This document shows, piece by piece, positions 26,482-32,000 of a DNA stretch of 32,000 nucleotides (its first letter is position 1; each line of letters starts with the position of its first letter). The translations under genes and the position numbers were made by a program. This stretch comes from Xanthomonas campestris pv. campestris str. ATCC 33913 (GTDB taxonomy: Bacteria; Pseudomonadota; Gammaproteobacteria; Xanthomonadales; Xanthomonadaceae): the NCBI RefSeq assembly GCF_000007145.1, contig NC_003902.1, forward strand, positions 4,016,497-4,048,496. The letters run 5' to 3'. The notes under the pieces were generated by a model. That model had not been told where the DNA came from. It searched no databases and was given only the letters and a program-made list of their open reading frames with translations.

Positions 26482-27132
26482 ATGAACCTGTTTTCCCGTC
26501 TGTCGCTGCTGTTGTTGATCCTGCTGCCGCTGGCCGCCTGTGCCGCGGACAAGAAGGCCCCGCCGGTGGAAGGCGAGGACTATGTGCTGATCGACGGCGG
26601 CCAGCCGTATGCGCCCCTGGCGGGCAAGGTCGAAGTGGCGGAAGTGTTCGGCTACACCTGCCCGCACTGCGCCCACTTCGAGCCGACGCTGGAAGCGTGG
26701 ACCGCCAAGCAGCCGGCCTATGTGCGGGTCACGCCGGTACCGGCGGCCTTTGGCGGCTTCTGGGATGCGTTCGCGCGTGCCTACTTCGCCGCCGACACGC
26801 TGGGCGTGGCCAAGCGCAGCCACCGCGCCATGTTCGACGCCATCCACGAAAAGCACACCGTGCCCACCCAGAACGTGGCCCCGGAAGAGCTGGCGGCCTT
26901 CTACGTCGCCTACGGCGTGCCGCAGCAACGTTTCATCGACACGCTCAAGAGCGCGGCGGTGGAAGACAAGGTCAAGGCCGCGCGCGAATTTGCAACGCGC
27001 GCCAAGATCCCCGGCACGCCGGCCCTGGTGGTCAACGGGCGCTATCTGATCACCGCGCGTGACTACACCGACATGCTGCGCGTAGCCGATTATCTGATTG
27101 CCCGCGAGCACGCCGCGCCGGCCGCGCGCTGA
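26482..27132 (+). CDS. dsbA: Thiol:disulfide oxidoreductase DsbA (216 aa) with a lipoprotein-type signal peptide
   Basis: Internal ATG 26482, preceded by [24 protein letters not shown]|C (lipobox LAAC). Active site [13 protein letters not shown]. cis-Pro loop GTPALVVNG. Confidence 0.85.
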   Translation: MNLFSRLSLLLLILLPLAACAADKKAPPVEGEDYVLIDGGQPYAPLAGKVEVAEVFGYTCPHCAHFEPTLEAWTAKQPAYVRVTPVPAAFGGFWDAFARAYFAADTLGVAKRSHRAMFDAIHEKHTVPTQNVAPEELAAFYVAYGVPQQRFIDTLKSAAVEDKVKAAREFATRAKIPGTPALVVNGRYLITARDYTDMLRVADYLIAREHAAPAAR

Positions 27133-27225
27133 GCCGCATAACCGCCATCACGCACGGCCCGTGGCATCATGCGCCCCGCGGCCGCTGCGGCCTCCCCTTC
27201 CGCCCCACGCTGGAGATCCAATCCG

Positions 27226-28047
27226 ATGAAGACCCGCTTCGCCCTGACGCTGATGGCGCTGCTGCCGATCCTGGTCGCCTGCAAGGCCCAGGACGGTTCG
27301 TCCGACACCGCCCCGGCGCCTGCCCCGGCTGCCGAGACCGCCACCGCGCCTGCGGCCACCCCGGCCACTGATGCCGCTGCCCCGCCTGCCGTGGGCGAGA
27401 GCGCCAACGCGCCGGCCACCGACACCGCTGCTGCGCCGCCAGCGCCGGCACCGCGTGCGCCGAACGGCCCCGAGCCGGTCGCCGGCACCGATTACCTGGA
27501 TATCGAAGGTGGCCAGCCGTACCAGCAGGCCGCCGGCAAGATCGAAGTGGCGGAAGTGTTCGGCTACGTCTGCCCGGCCTGCAACGCGTTCCAGCCGCTG
27601 ATCGGGCCATGGAAAGCCGGCCTGCCGTCGGATGTGCATTTCGTCTACGTGCCGGCAATGTTCGGCGGGCCGTGGGATGACTACGCGCGCGCCTTCTACG
27701 CCGCAGAAACGCTGGGCGTGCAGGAAAAGACCCACGACGCGCTGTACAAGGCGATCCACGTCGACCAGAGCCTGAAGGGCGAGCGCGGCAAGGATTCGGT
27801 GCAGGACATCGCCGGTTTCTATGCCAAGTACGGTGTGGATTCGAAGACCTTCATCGACACCATGAGCAGCTTCGGCGTGTCGGCCAAGACCAACCGCGCC
27901 AAGCAGTTCGCCACCCGCAGCAAGATCACCGGCACCCCGTCGCTGATCGTCAACGGCAAGTACCTGGTCAAGGGCCAGAGCTTCCCGGACATGCTGCGCA
28001 TCGCCGATCACCTGATCGCGCGCGAACGCGCCACGCTGGCCAAGTGA
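27226..28047 (+). CDS. Second DsbA-family oxidoreductase (273 aa): lipobox, long Ala/Pro/Thr linker, CPAC active site
   Basis: Internal ATG 27226, preceded by TGGAGA. MKTRFALTLMALLPILVA|C (lipobox LVAC). An Ala/Pro/Thr-rich low-complexity linker of about 70 aa follows. Active site FGYVCPACNAFQP. cis-Pro loop GTPSLIVNG. Confidence 0.8.
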   Translation: MKTRFALTLMALLPILVACKAQDGSSDTAPAPAPAAETATAPAATPATDAAAPPAVGESANAPATDTAAAPPAPAPRAPNGPEPVAGTDYLDIEGGQPYQQAAGKIEVAEVFGYVCPACNAFQPLIGPWKAGLPSDVHFVYVPAMFGGPWDDYARAFYAAETLGVQEKTHDALYKAIHVDQSLKGERGKDSVQDIAGFYAKYGVDSKTFIDTMSSFGVSAKTNRAKQFATRSKITGTPSLIVNGKYLVKGQSFPDMLRIADHLIARERATLAK

Positions 28048-28066
28048 CCCGAGCGATCGCTACGTC

Positions 28067-28834
28067 GTGAACGCCTCGGACTCGCGCACCCTGCGGGTGC
28101 TGACCGCCAATATCCAGGCCGGCTCCAGCACCCGCCGCTACAGTGACTACGTGACCCGCAGCTGGTCGCATGCGCTGCCGCTGGGCAGCAAGCGCACCAG
28201 CCTGGACAGCATCGCCAAGCTGGCCGGCGAGCGCGACATCGTGGGCCTGCAGGAAAGCGACCCCGGCAGCCTGCGCTCGGGCTTCACCAACCAGACCCAC
28301 TACCTGGCCGAGCGCGCCGGCTTCAACTACTGGAGCCACCAGCCCAACCGCCGCATGGGCGGGGTGGCGTCCAGCGCCAACGGCCTGCTCAGCAAGCTGG
28401 AACCGCTGGAAGTCCAGGACCATGCCCTGCCCGGCCGCATCGGCGGGCGCGGCATCCTGCTGGCCAAGTTCGGGCAAGGCCGCGAAGGCCTGGCGGTGGC
28501 CGTCGCGCATCTGTCGCTGGGCGCCAATTCGCGCATGGCGCAACTGGCCTTCATTGCCGAATTATTGTCCGACCATCCGAATGTGATGCTGATGGGCGAC
28601 TTCAATTGCGTTGCCGATCGGCCGGAGATGCAGGCCTTGTATCGGCACACTCGGCTGCAACCGCCAAGCTGCGTGGTGCACACGTTCCCGAGCTGGCGCC
28701 CCGACCGTGCGATCGATCACATTCTGGTCAGCGACAGCCTGGTGATCGAGCACACCGAAGCGATTCCTGCAGCGTTCTCCGACCACCTTGCAGTGGGCAT
28801 GGATCTGCGCGTTCCGCTGCAATTGCTGCGTTAA
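28067..28834 (+). CDS. Endonuclease/exonuclease/phosphatase (EEP) family protein (255 aa)
   Basis: LRVLTANIQ near the N-terminus, GLQE, the LMGDFN motif and the C-terminal SDHL are the EEP (PF03372) catalytic blocks. GTG start 19 nt after the dsbA-like stop. No signal peptide. Confidence 0.75.
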   Translation: MNASDSRTLRVLTANIQAGSSTRRYSDYVTRSWSHALPLGSKRTSLDSIAKLAGERDIVGLQESDPGSLRSGFTNQTHYLAERAGFNYWSHQPNRRMGGVASSANGLLSKLEPLEVQDHALPGRIGGRGILLAKFGQGREGLAVAVAHLSLGANSRMAQLAFIAELLSDHPNVMLMGDFNCVADRPEMQALYRHTRLQPPSCVVHTFPSWRPDRAIDHILVSDSLVIEHTEAIPAAFSDHLAVGMDLRVPLQLLR

Positions 28835-28847
28835 ACCCGCAGTAGAA

Positions 28848-28871
28848 CGCCAGCGCCCGGTTGCGCTGGCG
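28848..28871 (+). terminator. First of two hairpins after the EEP gene
   Basis: cgccagcgc-ccggtt-gcgctggcg: a 9-bp stem with no U-tract. Confidence 0.3.
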
Positions 28872-28898
28872 ACCTCAACCGATGACGTGCTCTAGACA

Positions 28899-28928
28899 CC
28901 GCTTGTGGCATAACACAGGCGGTTTTTT
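28899..28928 (+). terminator. Rho-independent terminator of the cc4-dsbA-dsbA-EEP transcription unit
   Basis: ccgcttgtg-gcataa-cacaggcgg: a 9-bp stem with one G-U pair, followed by TTTTTT (28923-28928). Confidence 0.65.
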
Positions 28929-28958
28929 CGTTGGAGCACGCCACGTGACGCACCGCGC

Positions 28959-30938
28959 ATGAATGTGTCCGAGCCGCAGCTCGCACCGGTACGCACCCTT
29001 CGGCCGGTGTTCGTGTTGGCGGCGACGGTGGTGTGTACGTTCGCGCTGCTGGTGGCGCTGTTCCCCCTCGATGCCGGGCGCATCTTGCTGGACGCGCAGA
29101 CCTGGGCCTCGCGCAATGTGGGCTGGTACTACCTGCTGGCAATGACGCTGTATCTGGTATTCGTGTTGGGTGTGGCGCTGTCCAGCTACGGCAACATCAA
29201 ACTTGGCGCCGATCACGACGAGCCGGAATTCAGCTATCTCTCCTGGGCCGGCATGTTGTTCGCCGCCGGTATCAGCATCACGCTGTTCTTCTTCTGCGTC
29301 TCCGAACCGCTCACGCACTATCTGCAGCCACCGCAAGGCGGCACCGGCAACGGCGAGGCGTCCGCACGCCAGGCCATGCAGCTGCTGTTCCTGCACTGGG
29401 GCCTGCACGGCTGGGGTGTGTTCGCGTTGGCGGCGATGGCACTGGCGTATTTCGCATTTCGCCACAATCTGCCGCTGGCCTTGCGCTCGGCGTTGTATCC
29501 GTTGATCGGCAAACGCATCAACGGGCCAATCGGCTATACCGTCGATGCGCTGGGCATCGTCGCCACGGTGTTCGGCCTGGGCGCAGACATGGGCTTTGGC
29601 GTGCTGCATCTCAACGCCGGCCTGGCCACCTTGTTCAACGTGCCGCACACGCATTGGGTGCAGGTGGCGTTGATCGTCGCCATGATGGGCGCCGCAATCC
29701 TGGTGGCGGTGTCCGGCGTCGAAAAAGGCGTGCGCTGGATGTCGGACATCAACATGCTGCTGGCGATCGCGCTGCTGTTGTTCATGCTGTTCGCAGGCCC
29801 CACGCACTATCTGCTCAATGCCTTGATGCAGAACCTGGGCGACTACCTGGGCAGCGTGGTCGGCAAGAGTTTCGACGTGTACGCCTATGGCGGCCGCCCC
29901 GACTGGCTCGGCAACTGGACGGTGTTCTATTGGGCGTGGTGGATTGGCTGGGCGCCCTTCGTGGGGCTGTTCATTGCGCGCATCTCGCGTGGCCGCACCA
30001 TCCGCGAATTCGTGCTGGGCGTGTTGTTGATCCCGCTGGGATTCACGCTGGCGTGGCTGTCGATCTTCGGCAACAGCGCGCTCGATCAGCTGCTGCACCA
30101 CGGGCAGGCCGCCTGGGCGCAGCAGGCCATCGATGCGCCGCAAACGGTGCTGTATTCGCTGCTGCAGGATTATCCGTGGAGTCGCGTGGTCATCACGATC
30201 ACGGTGGCGATCAGCTTCGTGTTCTTCGTCACCTCGGCCGATTCGGGCACGGTGGTGTTGTCCACGTTGTCCTCGCATGGTGGCGAGCCGCATGACGACG
30301 GCCCACGCTGGCTGCGTGTGTTCTGGGGCGTGCTCACGGCCGTGGTCACCGCAGGCTTGCTGCTGGCCGGCAGCATGGACGCGCTGAAATCCGCAGTGGT
30401 GCTGGCATCGCTGCCCTTCTCGGCCGTGTTGCTGCTGATGGCGTGGGGGTTGTCGCGCGCGCTCAGTGAGGAATCGCAGCGCAAGCGTGCGCAGCTCTAC
30501 AACCCCAGCCCGTTGATCGGGCAATCGCGCGATCACCGCGGCTGGCGTCAGCGCCTGGGCCAGGCAATGCATTTTGCCGCGCGCGATGAGGTCTATCGCT
30601 TCATGCACGAACAGGTTCGCCCGGCGATCGAAGCGGTGGCCGCGCAGCTGCAGGACGAAGGTTGGCAGGTCAGCAGCCGGCTCGACGACGCCGACATGGA
30701 GATCAGCGTCGACCATGGCGAACAACAAGGCTTCCGTTACCAGGTGGTGATGCGCGGCTACCTCACCCCGTCGTTCGCCGCGCAGCGCCTGCGCAACCAG
30801 CGCTATTACCGCGCCGAGGTGTATCTGTTCGAAGGCAGCCAGGACTACGACCTGGTCGGCTACAGCCGCGAACAGATCATCAACGACATCATCGATCAAT
30901 ACGAGCGTCACCTGCAGTTCCTGCATCTCACCCGCTGA
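28959..30938 (+). CDS. betT: BCCT-family choline/glycine betaine transporter (659 aa)
   Basis: 12 transmembrane segments. BCCT signature region [32 protein letters not shown]. Long hydrophilic C-terminal tail as in BetT. Immediately upstream of betB. Confidence 0.85.
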
Positions 30939-30978
30939 GGTGTCGTCGCTGCGGCGAGCGTCCCACAGGAGGTTTGTC

Positions 30979-32000
30979 ATGCCACGTTTCCCCGACCAGC
31001 TGCTGTACATCGGCGGCCGCTATGTTCCCGCCCGCGGCGGCCACACGTTCGAGGTGGTGAACCCGGCCACCGGTGAAGTCCTTGCCAACGTCCACAACGC
31101 CGACGCCGACGATCTGGATGCAGCCGTGGACAGCGCCAAGGCCGGCCAACGGCACTGGGCCGCACTCACTGTGGTGGAGCGCTCACGCATTCTGTTGCGT
31201 GCCGTCGCGCTACTGCGCGAGCGCAACGACGCCCTGGCGGAGCTGGAAACGCTCAACACCGGCAAGCCGCTGAGCGAAACGCGCAGCGTGGACATCGTCA
31301 CCGGCGCCGACGTGTTGGAGTACTACGCCGGCGTGGCGCAGGCGCTGCAGGGCGTGCAGGTGCCATTGCGCGAAGGCAGCTTCTTCTACACGCGGCACGA
31401 ACCGCTTGGTGTGGTGGGCGCGATCGGCGCGTGGAATTACCCGATCCAGATCGCGCTCTGGAAAGCCGCACCGGCCCTGGCCGCCGGCAACGCGATGATC
31501 TTCAAGCCCAGCGAGGTGACGCCGCTCACCGCGCTCAAGCTGGCTGAAATTTTCACCGAAGCCGGCCTGCCGGATGGCGTGTTCAACGTGCTGCCCGGCG
31601 ACGGCGCCAGCGTGGGCCACGCGCTTACCGAGCATCCGGAGATCGAAAAGATCAGCTTCACCGGTGGCACCGCAACCGGCCGCAAGGTGATGGCCAGCGC
31701 CTCCAGTTCGTCGTTGAAGGACGTGACCATGGAACTGGGCGGCAAATCGCCACTGATTGTCTGTGCCGATGCCGACCTGGACCTGGCGGCCGACATCGCG
31801 ATGATGGCCAACTTCTACAGCTCCGGCCAGGTGTGCACCAACGGCACGCGCGTCTTCGTGCCGCGGGCACTGCGCACTGCATTCGAAGCGCGTCTGCTGG
31901 CACGCGTGCAACGCATCCATATCGGCGACCCGCTCGATGAGCGAACCACGTTCGGGCCGATGGTCAGTGCCGCGCACATGCAGCGCGTGCTGGAACACAT
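30979..32000 (+). CDS. betB: Betaine aldehyde dehydrogenase, N-terminal about 340 aa (runs off the window; not in the ORF track because there is no stop)
   Basis: My own translation from ATG 30979 (AGGAGG at 30967-30972) gives [16 protein letters not shown]...NPATGEVLA...[15 protein letters not shown]...[42 protein letters not shown]...FTGG...ELGGKSP...[14 protein letters not shown]. This is nearly colinear with E. coli BetB. Confidence 0.9.

Noticed and set aside
27290-27470. Apparent repetitive GCC/CCG-rich DNA that might be a tandem repeat (also 2850-2960)
   Set aside because: It is in frame within coding sequence and encodes Ala/Pro/Thr-rich linkers. There is no regular DNA repeat unit and no spacer/repeat periodicity, so it is neither CRISPR nor a VNTR.

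Overview
High-GC chromosomal segment, roughly two-thirds G+C by eye. The gene content points to a Xanthomonas-like (Xanthomonadaceae) core-genome region: plant-type glutamate-cysteine ligase, tandem GH12 endoglucanases, a PL4 rhamnogalacturonan lyase, an engB / cytochrome c4 / dsbA-dsbA block, frmR-adhC-gfa-fghA, and betT-betB. The taxon is an inference. I support about 31 protein-coding genes on both strands, one clear pseudogene, one repressor operator and several terminator-type hairpins. I saw no rRNA, tRNA, CRISPR array, IS element, integrase, phage gene or recognisable defence/toxin module. Many very long ORFs in the track (e.g. 242..1813-, 2208..3605-, 14180..15841+, 23001..25580+, 28875..31010-) are antisense or off-frame shadows typical of GC-rich DNA. 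Most notable observations: (1) a full-length PL4 rhamnogalacturonan lyase inactivated by exactly two in-frame stop codons, next to two intact GH12 paralogs; (2) a four-gene formaldehyde-detoxification operon with a textbook FrmR/RcnR-type operator (ATACT-G6-T-AGTAT) over a -10-like hexamer, and a strong intrinsic terminator inside the operon just before fghA; (3) a translationally coupled amidohydrolase pair in which the secreted second member lacks the HxH metal motif; (4) an uncharacterised four-gene envelope-type cluster (1795-3960) that includes a coding-like, start-codon-less stretch with a lipobox; (5) two tandem DsbA paralogs that both carry lipoprotein signal peptides. I did not find a convincing new multi-gene system. 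The best candidates for follow-up are flagged with moderate interest only.
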